The position numbers and the translations under genes were made by a program. From the human T2T-CHM13v2.0 reference genome, Homo sapiens, in assembly GCF_009914755.1 (NCBI RefSeq), contig NC_060928.1: a DNA stretch of 64,000 nucleotides. One strand, written 5' to 3'. A model generated the notes under the pieces. It saw only the letters and a list, made by a program, of their open reading frames with translations, was not told where the DNA came from and ran no database searches. Below, piece by piece: positions 29,071 to 43,370 of the stretch; position 1 is the stretch's first letter; every line of letters starts with the position of its first letter.

Positions 29071-32000
29071 AGTTTTATCATTAGTTCTAGTGGTGAAGTT
29101 CTTTGGAATTCCAATCTAATTTTTTTTTCTAATTCGGCCTACTTCACATCTTAATACAAGTACTTACCATAGGCAAGTTTATTATCAATGCTACTGGAAT
29201 AAAGGGAAAAGAGGAATGATTTTTAAGTGAACAAAAAGTGTTATCACTTCCCCAACTATCTTCTGGGCTCCCTAGCGACATGAGTTATTCTTCCCCATGG
29301 TGAGAAAAGGGAGTGGAGGTGGGATTCTGCACAACTCAAGCCCCAACAAAACAAAGTACTCCTCATGTTTGGGATTATTTTTCTTTCAAATTTCAGTTTA
29401 GGGCCGACTTCTGAGCTGAAGAAATTACTATAAACTTCCAATACCCTGTTAGGGGATTCTACCCTGAATGTAGTGGAGACAGGGCAAGATGGAAATCAAA
29501 TAGGCTTAGTAGAATAAATCAGAACTATTTCAGTAAATATTATGCATTGATAGATCAAAGTGTAATCTATGTACTATAAGTAACTCTAAAAATGAAACTA
29601 TCCTTCATTTGTAACAGAAGGACTCTTTTTCTCCAGTTTCATGTATAAATCTACCTACTTCTAAATTAACTTAGTGAAGTGGCTTTTTCATTGATACATG
29701 GAAAAAAATATTGACAAAGAAACCAGTAACAAATGTACTCAGATTCAAATTCACCAATGGAAAAGATTTTGAAGCATTATCTTGAATATACAATTTTTAT
29801 ATTCAAATTTTGTCTTTTTAGTAAAATAAGCATTTACTTAAAAAGACGATAAATTTAACTTTCTACCAAGAATTATAAAGAATACATAACTGGCACCATA
29901 TTGTATAAACAAAGGAAAAAAAGCTAAAACAGATAATTAGAATTTTTTGAACATATTTATTTGAAGAGAAAAATATATCGCTGTGCTAGTTCTCACATTT
30001 ATTAAAAGAGAATAATCAATTTTGCAGACTGTTATATATTCTAAGAAGTAATTTGGCCTTCTCACCAAATAATCATAATAAAGAGCTGAGATTTAATCAA
30101 ATAAGGTAAATATAAAATAAGATAATTTGCTTTTTGCTACTAAATAGTATTAAAATACTTTTAATCTGTTAGAGAGTCACTAGAGAAAGTAGTTAACAAG
30201 AAAAATTACTTACTCTTGTTTGATTACAAACTACTCTAATTTTTAGGCAGAACCATCAATAAGGGAGAGGTCACAGAAAAAAACTGCGTCGCTTTCTTAG
30301 ACTGTTGCTCAACTTCTGATGCCATTGAAAAAGACTTTTAATTGTCATTCATAAAACTATTAACTTTGTTTTCTCAGTAGATCAATTAACATTTACTCTG
30401 CATTAACTCTACTCTTCTTTCCTATGTGATTTTGTTTCCAAGGGTTCAAAAACTGGAATATTGGTACAATAAACACATAAGGCAATTTACTCATTTATAA
30501 GTAAATACTGGGTATATTTAAGAGAAATATTTAGTAAGCTTAACCTGTACAATGTGATTGTATGGGTTCCTTACAGAACCTGAGGAACCTAGAAGACAAC
30601 TGCATGCAGAGAAGGATAAAAAGGCAAAATTTATGGTTAAAATCATCTGCTAAAGACAAAAGAACAAACAAAAAATGACAGTTAATTTATTTCATAAAAA
30701 CTTGAGGAATGGTATTTGAGCGAAAAATTTCTTGTGAAAACTAGGGAGATCTAAGATTGTGGTTAAAATATTACTTTTACAGGATGACATCATATCTCCA
30801 AAGTCACCAAAAAGAAGAAACACTACGTGCTAAACGAAGTAATACACAGATTGTGTGTTTTTCATCTCTTTTTAGATCTGGGTATGATCCTGGGCATATT
30901 ACTTCACTACTTAAACCTTCAATTTGTAGAATCTAGGTTGGTCTTAGGTAATTCCTAAGAGCTCTTCCAGTTTTAAATTTTAGGAAAAGAAAATTATATA
31001 GATCCTAAATGCCATTATTACTCATAGGAATGGGAAACATGCTTTTATAGAAAGTAAAGGCTCTTATATATTCTTTAATCTCCACCTGTCAGCACATGAA
31101 ATTTTATGTACTGTTATATATGTGAAACAATAAATCATCTTTAAGCAGAGCATCTTTCTTAAACACACTGGTTCTATACCAGGGCTAATATATATGGTAG
31201 GTAGCTGTAACTTATGCTGTCTAAAATGTAAAGGCTTTCTCTTCCTGTATTAATATTGAAAGTTTTTTAGTTAATGTTTATCTTATGTGAGGGGAGGAAT
31301 CGATTTGAACCAAAAACAACCTCAAAACTCTCCTCAAAAGGGAACAAAAACATTGCTTTTTCAATCTTGCTGCTTCAAGTTAGGTTCCCTAAACATCGCC
31401 ATCTCTTTACAGAAGCAATCAACAATTTAGGTCTGGCAATATCATTAAAGAACTGTGACTTTGGACAAATCATATACATTTGGAAAATTTTAGCTCTCCT
31501 AAATATTAAAACAAAAAAATTAGAGTTTATGCTAGATAATGTATAGGATCTGCTGTTGCAATATTACAATTATCTGATTATGTGTAATACATATCATATA
31601 TTATATACTATATACAACATATATATCATATAGAATATATGATATTTGAAAGTTTCTGAAATATATTTCCCCATTGTTGAATACGCACATCTCAGAAAGA
31701 CACTACTAAATGCTAAGAAATGAATTAATTAGTTACTACTTGGTAAGCAGTACCCCATAATAATGTACTCAACTGTTTATTTAAATTAATCGTCTTACAA
31801 AATATATTAACTCCTCACCAAAGTAAGATGCATTACCTCATTCTATTGATTCTTGGAAGGAAATAAAAAAGGCAAATATTTTCTCTGCTTTACAAAGAGA
31901 GGAACTAGAACTTGGTGAGTGGATGGGATTGTATAAGCAGATCACAGAGCAGGCCAGCATCAGAAGGAGAATAAACTGTGGCCCAGTGAATCTATAGAGC

Positions 32001-33249
32001 TTTCCATTAACACTATGCCTCTTATTATCTGTTACACTTTGTAGTGTATGAGTGAGTGTGTTTATGCATTTTGGGGTAGTGGGTAGGAAAGCCAGTAGAG
32101 AGGAGGTAATCATTGAGCTATGACGTGATCTAGAAAGGTTAATTCATTCCCTGCACTAGGGGTTCCAGGGTATCACTAAAGACTAGATTCAAAAGGTTAC
32201 ATAGCTCTTCCATTTGCTCTCTAGCTGCTGAAGTTCATTAAGCCATATTATAATGGGAAACGCTTACCTTATAAAGATAGTGTTAATCTACAAATATAAA
32301 TGTTGCTTCAAACTTTCAAAAAATTACCTTGCTCTTTCTAAAGTCTACACAAAATGTAAACACAAGTCTTTAGGGAATGGGACAACCCGGCAACAGAATT
32401 CATCATCCCATGAACTGCAAAGTTGTCTCAAATATTGATCTTTTCCCAAATAAAGGCCCATACATGAATATCTTCTCTCTTGGGACAATCAGATAAGTCA
32501 GATCAAAGTTCTCAATATTTTTTCTTTTCCTTTCCTGGCCCAGCTGTTTTTGGACTCTTATGGTTGAATTAAATGAATTTTTTTCCTGTTTTCCTATTTT
32601 CTCTTTACCATTGTTTGTTATCTGAGCTTCACCATAAGTTTAAATAAATTCCTCAAATCAAAGACCAAGAATAAAAACAGTATGAATATCAAATAATTTT
32701 GAGAATTTGGCTATCACCTCAAATATTTTATTTCAATACCTGAAAGGTATTTTTCTTTTACTTATTTGATACATATGTTGACATATAGCTCAGAATTTCT
32801 GGCTTACAACAAATTTGTTAATTCCTCAAAGAAAAATAAGCCAATTTTATTAAAATAAAAGGTGAACAGAATGATCAAACATTAACTAAGCTAAGCACAA
32901 AGTAAGGTGTTCTCCTCAAATTGCTTCAACATCTTAATGTCAGCTATAATCTTTCCAGTTTGAGGTTCAAACAAAAATTGCCTGGCTAGAGCACAGCAAA
33001 GATGGAGCTTCTTTAAAAACGGGCTGTACTCTACAATTTGTTGAGCCAAAAGATGCATGGTGCTTTCTTGGATCATGTGGACCACACCAAAGAGAGAACC
33101 AACCTGGAGCTGTTTAAATTCTTATCCAAGAAGATGTAGTTCAGGGGTACTAGGCTGATAAGACTAGATTCTGATATCCTGACTGAACACTATTATCACT
33201 GATTGTGCTCATGTAACTAGGAAACCATTTTACACATAGCAGACACAGC

Positions 33250-34190
33250 AAAGCAGATTATGATACACTTTTGCTTAAAATCCCACTATTGGTTTCCCAT
33301 TGCATGTAGAATGAAACCCAAACTCCCAAATCTGGTTAACGAAACCCTACTTGGTTAAATATCTACCTGCCCTGTTCAGTCACTCCCTTTCCCCCATGGC
33401 AGTCCATCTACTGGTTTCCCTACTTTTCCCCTAACAAGGAGGGCTCTCTGTGCCTGAAACTCTTTTCTCTTTTTCATGATGGCTTCCACCTGTCATTTAG
33501 ATATCAGTTTAAATGTGACCTCCATAGATATATCTTGCCTGACAAAACGCTCTAAAGCAGTGACCAAGACTCTCTCCCTAACCAAACATCAGGCAGGTTC
33601 CTCTTTTCAACTAGATCTCATCCTTGGACAATGTCCCTAACCTTCCTAAGCCAGCCTAAATGAAGAATCCTACGAAGTGATTTCCCACCTTTGATATCTC
33701 ATCAAGGTCTTCATCCTCTACCCTTAATGTCTAAGTCCTTGGCCTGCCTTTAGCAAGAATCTTGTTAGTCCAGTTCAGCAACTCCCTATCCTTGATGTCT
33801 CCTCTTAAAAATCTTCCATCCACTGACCCCCTCACTCTGCTCCTTGACTATAAATCCCCAGCTGTCATTGCTGTGTTTGGAATGAAGTTCAGTTCTTTCC
33901 TCAATTGCAATAGTACAAAATAAAATCTGTATCGGCTTTAACTGGTGTCTGGCTCTGTTTGTTTTTGATAGTAGCCACCCGGTCCCCTGGTATCAAATTA
34001 CCCTATTTTAATTCTCTGCATAGAACAAATCCTTACGACATTATTATGGTGTTTTGTTTATACACTAGGATGCAAAGCTTTGGGAAAAGAGGGCCATTGT
34101 CTCTCTCAATCACTGTTTCATCACCAGTGCATATAGCCTAGAACAAAGCTTGGCAATGGCTACACACTCAAGAAATTTTGTTGGGTGAGA
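33250..34190 (+). mobile_element. L2 fragment interrupted by a MER31 LTR
   Basis: L2 body on both sides of the LTR; ends with an L2-like 3' tail. Confidence 0.55.
33561..33970 (+). mobile_element. MER31-type ERV1 solo LTR
   Basis: 'tgaccaagactctctcc..accaaac', 'ttccatccactgacccc', TATA 'ctataaatcccc', AATAAA. Confidence 0.75.
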
Positions 34191-35089
34191 CCATTTTCAT
34201 GATATATCTAAAGGGGTATGAAAATGCACACAAGAGAATGCTGAAAATTAGCATATATATATAAGATTATAAAAAGGCAAAAATGAATAAATCAAATATT
34301 AAAAGTTGAGCCCTCAGGTTTCTTCTTTATACAATGTTGTATTTTCCAAATTTTCCACTAACAGTATTACTTTTAAGGTCAGAAAAACATAAAAAATAAC
34401 ACATGAAAAAAAGTAGTTTAATGAATCACCATTTTTAGTTGGTTTAAAATGTGTTTCTTTGGAAGAAACCTTTTGCTTGCTGCAAGTTTTCAAGATTATT
34501 GATTCTGTGCCAAGAGAAAGACACATTCAAATATAAAAATGAAACAAGCACATTTTCACAGGGGAAAAAATGGTCAAAAATAGTTATTTCCTTCCTTAAA
34601 GTTCTAAAGCCTAGCTGATTTTAAAACCAAGGAAATAATAAAATAGAGAACAGGGAGAAGAGGATAAGAGTCTGATATTACTTAGATATCATATTACCTA
34701 TGTCAGGGAAATCAAGAGCAAATGCTGTTTTCCCTGTGTAATATGATTCAGTCATGATTGAGTACTAGTGATTCATGTGGTGCTGTTAACTAGTGCGATG
34801 ATCGACAGGAACTGCAGTACTTTCCTTACACCCTGGGTCAACTACTCTCCAATGCATTTGCAGATGTCCACTTATGGCATCTGTCTTTAAAACACTCCTC
34901 CTTTGTTGGCTGTTGCTTACTATTTTATGACAGTCACTGTTGTTATTGATGTTTTAAAATCGTTCTTTACATGAATAAACACAACACTGTCAGATTACAT
35001 GTCATGGAGATTCATCAATTAAGGTAAGATAAAATGAGAAAGAACTCATCTCCTATTTCTCTCATTAGATAAAAAGCTTTGGTGGAATC

Positions 35090-35460
35090 TACTGACCTTA
35101 GGGCCCTTATGCAGGCTATTGGTTCCCTCTGCCTACAATGTTTTTCGTTTGTTTGCTTGTTTGTTTTTCCCCCAGAGAGCCAAATGACTTCCTTCCTCCC
35201 TTCTTTTAGGTCTGCATTCAAATGTATTTCACCTTCTCTATGAAATGGTCCTGACCAACTATTTAAAACTGGAATACCCCAACACCCAGTATTTCCCTCT
35301 CTGCTTCCTATTTTTCCTCAACAATTATCACCATCTAATATCCAATGCTTTGTTTACTGCCTGTCTCCCCCAAAACTGCAAGCTCCATGAGGGCAGGGAT
35401 ATTGGTCTGTTTTGTTCCTACTATACACCTAGAAATGTAACTTGTTGAGTGAGTAAATGA
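35090..35460 (+). mobile_element. L2 3' fragment
   Basis: 'aagctccatgagggcaggga...tgttttgttc...ttgttgagtgagtaaatg'. Confidence 0.7.
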
Positions 35461-35491
35461 TACAGGTGAATTTGCCAGTGTTACAATTTTT
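35408..35491 (+). repeat. Local duplication 3, copy A (pairs with 36611-36694)
   Basis: 84 bp, 2 mismatches. Confidence 0.95.
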
Positions 35492-36092
35492 GAGATTATG
35501 TCTCATAAATTTAATCCATCTATGACTTATACACTGAGATAAAGGATCACTCGAAATCTCTCTTGTGGTTAGAAATGGGTCCTAGGGTTCAAGGACCTAG
35601 AATTGTCACAGTTCCTTTTGTACTCCTGAAATCTTAAAAGGTTAAAGAAAACCTCCAGTGAGGTAACCAAGGAATTATGACATTTGGCTGTTATGGATCC
35701 TCGCAAAAAGATGTACACTGTGTCAGAAGGTGTTGACAATGCTATCTAGGACACAAAAGTTTAGAACTTTCCCCAGCATTCTTTCTCTTTTTATAAGTTT
35801 AGTCTGTATGTAGTGTCAAAATGAAAAGAGTTCTTGTTTTAGCTTGGCAGTTTTTCGAGTGTTTGACTTTGGTATCCTAGAGGAAATGGAGGAAACTAGT
35901 TTCATTATCCACAAAAATTGAGTTTCATAGGAGGACCTGATACAAACCAAACCAAACCAAAACAAACAAATAACAACTTTCTGCACAGGAATTGCAACTT
36001 CACTAAACAAAGATTTGATTTTATCTTAAACCTGAGCAAGAGAAGTAATCTTTGAACTATAGTGGTTCATTGCGTAATTTCTCTTTAGCCAA

Positions 36093-36487
36093 TGTTGTGG
36101 GCAAATGATGTCCTCCCCAAATTCCTATGTTGATATGCTAATCCTGATAGCACACTTCAGAATGTGACTGTATTATTTGCATATAGAGTGTCTAAAGGGG
36201 TAATTAGGTGAGAATGAGGTTATCAGTGTGGGCCCTAATCCAATATGACTGGTGTCCTTACAAGAAGAAATGAGGACGCAGACATTATACAGAGGGAAGA
36301 CCATGTGAAGACACAGTGAGACGACAGCCACCTACTTGCTTAGGAAGGAGGTCTCAGAAGAAACCAAACCTGACAACACCTTCATCTTAGATTTCTGGCT
36401 TCCAGAGCTATGAGAAAATAAATTTCTGTTGCTTAAGCCACCCAGTCTGTGGTACTCTCTTACTGGCAGTCTTAGCAAACCAATACA
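36093..36487 (+). mobile_element. MLT1B-type MaLR solo LTR
   Basis: tg...ca termini; 5-bp TSD gccaa; 'ggccctaatccaatatgactggtgtcctt'. Confidence 0.88.
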
Positions 36488-36610
36488 GCCAAACAAGAAA
36501 TGCCATAAATTTTTGTCAGAGTAAAATGCTTCTAGAGAGGTAGATTTATATGTCAGAGTTGTTTTGTTCTCTCCTCAAACCAGAAGGTTCCTTTTAATCA
36601 GCTGGCAGTA

Positions 36611-36694
36611 TGTTTTGTTCCTACTATACACCTAGAAATGTAACTTGTTGAGTGAGTGAATGATATAGGTGAATTTGCCAGTGTTACAATTTTT
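36611..36694 (+). repeat. Local duplication 3, copy B
   Basis: Matches 35408-35491. Confidence 0.95.
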
Positions 36695-37139
36695 TTTACC
36701 CATAGTATCCATTCATTTAAGACCCTAAGATGCACCCACTAAGTGCAGAATACTAAAAACATCAAAGCAGGAATAGAAATTGAATGCCCCTACACATAAA
36801 ATTAAAACACCTGTAAACTTTTCAGTGAAAGATTTTGCAAATTCTACATCACTGTTACCCCTTTTCTCACTGCTTCTAGATCAGAAATACTTAGGTTAAC
36901 AATAAAATTGAGGGAGCTGGGACAGTAACATTTTTCCAAAATAATCAAACCTATTATCACAGAATCCAGTTTACACATATTTCTGAATTTACTTTTTCTT
37001 TCCTGTGTTTTTCTTGTTTCTTATATTCATCACATTTTAAAAATTTTGAAAAGTCATGCAATTTTATAATTCATGAGGGATAAATATTCTAAAGTCCTTT
37101 TACTATTTCTAGAATCAAATCAATAACTATAAGGTAAAC

Positions 37140-37464
<325 letters not shown>

Positions 37465-37519
37465 TAGCTGAGTAAAGTGATGACATAAATCCTGTCTTTC
37501 CATACTTCAGCAGCAGTAG

Positions 37520-37831
<312 letters not shown>

Positions 37832-38417
37832 TGTAGCTGAACAATTCTTAAAGACACATAAAAGCACTATTCAAATGAGACCTTATATTATTTTTTGAAG
37901 TGTTTATACATAATCACAACCTTTTGAAAAACTATATATATAACTTTTCAAAAAATTGTTATACTTGTTTCATTTTTACCTTCACAACTATTTTCCCAAT
38001 TAGGTAAAGGATTATTGTTTTCATTATACGACTCTACAGAAAGGACATTGAACTCATTAACATAGCAGACTCCAAATTATGTGGTTAAAATAAAGCTAAT
38101 ATAACCAGGGATTACCTAAATTTATTTATTTATTCTTTAAATTACACTCAGGTTTTCCACTGGTTGGTACACAACTTTCAGCACAACAGAAAACATACAC
38201 TATTAATTAATTTAGTATCTTTGTTTCCACAAACTTAATTTTTCACATTTCTACTTCAAAGATTGCATCAAAAAACAAACAGCAAACACAGGAAAACTTT
38301 GAGGTATCAAATGTAACCAAGATTGAAAGTTAGGAACCTATTTTTTAAAAGTTATAAATATTCTAGATTATAAAATTAGCATTTTTATTGTGGTAAATAA
38401 CATAAAATTTTAAATTA

Positions 38418-38606
<189 letters not shown>

Positions 38607-40040
38607 TTATCCTTTGATTTCATTTTGAAACAATGATAATTCAAATTTAGAATTAAGTGAATAGCACATAGTTCAACAATCTAATTTTATTTTTCACTGA
38701 CTTGATGCTTGACAGAGTGCAGTATAGAACAGTGCTAGATTTAGACTTCGGGAAAATAGTGGAAATTGCACAAAACAATACTATTCTTTCTCATCTTTAC
38801 ATCAAGTATATATTATTGTAATAAGTTAAATAACCCAGTATAGACATACCAATTTAGAGCAGAGGATGCATATATGGAAATTGAATTGCCAATGGAATAA
38901 GTGCTAAGTCAGGTAATTATATTTTATCCCTAATGGAGAATGTTCTCTGTTCAGTCATATGTTCTGTTAACCATTCTCCTTACAATTGTTGGCTCAACTT
39001 CCTAGGTATATGATGCTCTTCCTAATATCAAAGATTTCCAAAAATCCCTAATTGCTTGCTCATCTTTACCTTTCTATGTTTCCCTAACCATTTCTTTGAA
39101 GAAACATGAAACACTATAGACTTGTGTTTTAAGAATTATCTTAATATTCTTCTTTGATTTTTTGGTGGAGGTACCTATAAACATAAATATAACCAAAATG
39201 ACTCATCAAAACACAAAATAAATCATAGAGAGAAGACAAAAATATGGTAGAAACACATGTTGCTGATAAGGGTAGCAGTGTATAGTGGTCATTAGTTGAA
39301 AACTTATACACAAAATATCTGATTTAAATCTTACAACCACCATCTTATATTGGCAATATTATCCCTATTTTAAAATACAAATGCCAGTAGTTTAACACCA
39401 CTGCCTCGATTAATGCAAAGCCTCCAGCAATTTCATCCACTATTTCTTTTGCATTTATGATGCAACACATGTCAACACATATAAAAATGTCAACACTTCT
39501 TTAAATAAAAGGAAAATAATGTTTTAGTTTTAGTTTGGAAATAGTTTTGACCTTGAAGATCCCCTAAGAGAGTTTCTGGCACTCCCTGGGTCTGCAGACA
39601 CACTCTGAAAACCACTCGTCTGTGCTATAATGAACTGTTGTATATAATGTATATAATGTAGATTTTTTTTGGCCATTTAGAAAAATATTTTAAACACGTA
39701 TAGTGCTATTAATAACTCAAAGTGTCAAAAAACAGTGTCTTAATAAATCAGCCCAGCATTAGATAGGCTCTAACAGTGTATCTCCATTATATCTGGATTC
39801 CCAAATACAAAGATAGATACTCTCTGGACCTACCATTATCTAAAATTATACCTACTTCAAATAAATGTAAATTCTTCAAACTCCCTATCTTTTTAACAAG
39901 TACTTATTCTTAAGACAAGCTACTTCCAACTTATTTAGAAGTATGCAAGCAAACACAAAAAGTAAAGGTAGATTTTGAAAATGCCTCTAACAGCAATACC
40001 ATAAATATTGCAAAGTGTTATACCTAAAGTATATGAAAGA

Positions 40041-40327
40041 GGCTGGGCACAGTAGCTCACCCCTGTAATCCCCGCACTTTGGTAGGCTGAGGCGGGTGGA
40101 TTGCTTGAGGCCAGGAGTTCAAGACAAGCCTGGCCAACATGGCAAAATCTCATCTCTACCAAAAAAAACACAAAAATTAGCCGGGTGTGGTGGTTGGTGC
40201 CTGTAATCCCAGCTACTCAGGAGGCTGAGGCAGAAGAATCACTTGAACCCGGGAGATGGATGTTGCAGTGTGCTAAGAACGTGCCGCTGCACTCCAGCCT
40301 GGGTGACAGCGGGAGGCTCCGTCTAAA

Positions 40328-40360
<33 letters not shown>
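40041..40360 (+). mobile_element. Alu (Jb/S-type) with (AAT)n tail
   Basis: Full dimer; TSD aaagtatatgaaaga / aaagtacatgaaaga. Confidence 0.94.
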
Positions 40361-40584
40361 GTACATGAAAGACATATACTTAAACAGAGATTTGAATTTT
40401 GTTATGGAGACAGGGATATGAAAATATATGTGCTGAACTATGTGATTTTTTTATATATATAAATCATCTGAAAAATATATAATTACATTAAAATAAAGAA
40501 TAAAAAGGAAGCAAAAGACCTTTACAGACAGTAAGTTCTACAGAGTTTTTGCTATAGAGATAAACATAACTATAAAAAAATTAT

Positions 40585-40987
40585 CGTATGAGCTGAACTG
40601 TTGTTTCCCCATAAAATTCATATGAAGCCATCCTAATCTCCAGTTCCCACAGAATGTGACTGTATTTGGAGATGGAATGTTTAAAGAGGTGACTGAGTTA
40701 AAATGAGGTCATTATTGTGGGCTCTAATCTAATATGACTGGTGTCCATATATGAAAAGGGGACTAGTGCACTGACACACACAGAAGGAAGATCACGTGAA
40801 GAGACGAGGATAAGACAGGCATCTACAAGGCCAAGGAGAAAAGCCTCAGAAGAAATCAACGCTTCTGACACCTTCATCTTAGACTTCTGAGCCTCCAGAA
40901 TTGTGAGAAAATAAATTTCTCACAATTGGCTATTTAAGCCACCTAGTCTGTTGTACTTTGTTGTGGTAGCCCTATCAAACTAATACA
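40585..40987 (+). mobile_element. MLT1B-type MaLR solo LTR
   Basis: Same motifs as the 36093 copy; ends 'aaactaataca'. Confidence 0.85.
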
Positions 40988-40992
40988 TCTAA

Positions 40993-41913
<921 letters not shown>

Positions 41914-43304
41914 TAATCACATAACTTAGTGATCTTCTATGAATCATAGGCATTCTGCACTCTCCCACTGGGACATGTTTTGACATCCCAAACATGATGA
42001 TATAAGTAAATTCTAGTTTCCATTAAAACTAGAAATTAACAATAATGAAAATGCATATCACCTGGTATGTTTCACATTTAACATCAAGTCCACAACCTGA
42101 CTTTTAGAGAGAGTAGGCAGGTGAGGAGTGATTAAATACCTACTACAGTATTACCAAAAAGCACATTTCTGTATTTATCCTGCTACAGAGATGGATTACT
42201 TTTAAAGTCTCCTTTACTTTTAATTCTGTCAGCAACAAAAACTACATATGCTACCTCATCATTCCCAGCTCTGACAACTACAGTGGCAAGCAGTAAAGAC
42301 AGATTATAAAAGGCAAGACAGCCATAATACTGTTTGGCACCATTTGAAGATTTTCTTTTATTATCCACAGGCCCTGAAGCCAGTGTGGAACCAGCCTTAT
42401 TTATCATTTAATATTTATTAAAGTCCTTGAACTATAATAGTTTGGCCTTATTATTCCTTTGAAGCTCAAGTCCATACTCTTATATGAATCAAAATATAAC
42501 TCTTCAGGCTGTAATCTTGTCAGGTCTGATAAGGTACAAACTGTTAGTAATATATGGTTGAAGACCTGCCATATAAACAATGCCTTAAGGAAAATACATC
42601 ATCATTTGGTTTTGACATGAAGTCAGCGGGGGAATAATATTACCAGTAGAAAGACTTTTGGATTTTAAAACATTTCTCAAGAATTTTGGTGAAATGTTGT
42701 TATAACATTGCTTCCCAGCTAAGATATATTTTAACTTACAAAATATTTTATTTCAAATGAGGTGGAAAATGTGAATTCAGACCTAATGAAGTAAATCCTT
42801 GACTCCTGTTCCAAATCAAATTTTAATCTTTATGCAAAAGAATAATCCTGATCACAAATGCAAATTAAAGTGCTAGCCCTGATTCACTTTCACTCAACGA
42901 TAGAAATATCACTAAAGCTACATAAAGCAACAATATATCTACTCAGGCAATATCAGAGAATAAGCTCTTATCAATAAGCAAATTTCAAAAGTACTTATTT
43001 ACTCCTCCAAATACCCAAGCATTAAAATATTAACCTTGTTGGGGGGTTGGGGGAAGATCTAACAGTCATTGCTTTCTTACATGAATGACATATATAAAAG
43101 AATTTCATCTTTCTTGACACCACTGAGTCCTCATTATTAGCATTAATTATTACTCTCCTGTAATCCAGTGAAGTCCTCAGAGGCTACAGAGGTGTGAAAA
43201 CCCACAGGTACCTGCACCACCTACCAAATGCCAAGGGAGGGATTTGGGCAAAAGGAGGGGTTGCCTTCTGTCATAATTGGTCAGTTACTGCCCCTCCCAA
43301 CAAA

Positions 43305-43370
43305 TACACACACATGCATGCACACACACGCACGCATGCACACACACGCACACGCAGGCACACACACATA
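43305..43370. repeat. Imperfect (CA/CG)n alternating purine-pyrimidine tract
   Basis: acacacacatgcatgcacacacacgcacgcatgcacacacacgcacacgcaggcacacacaca. Confidence 0.9.
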
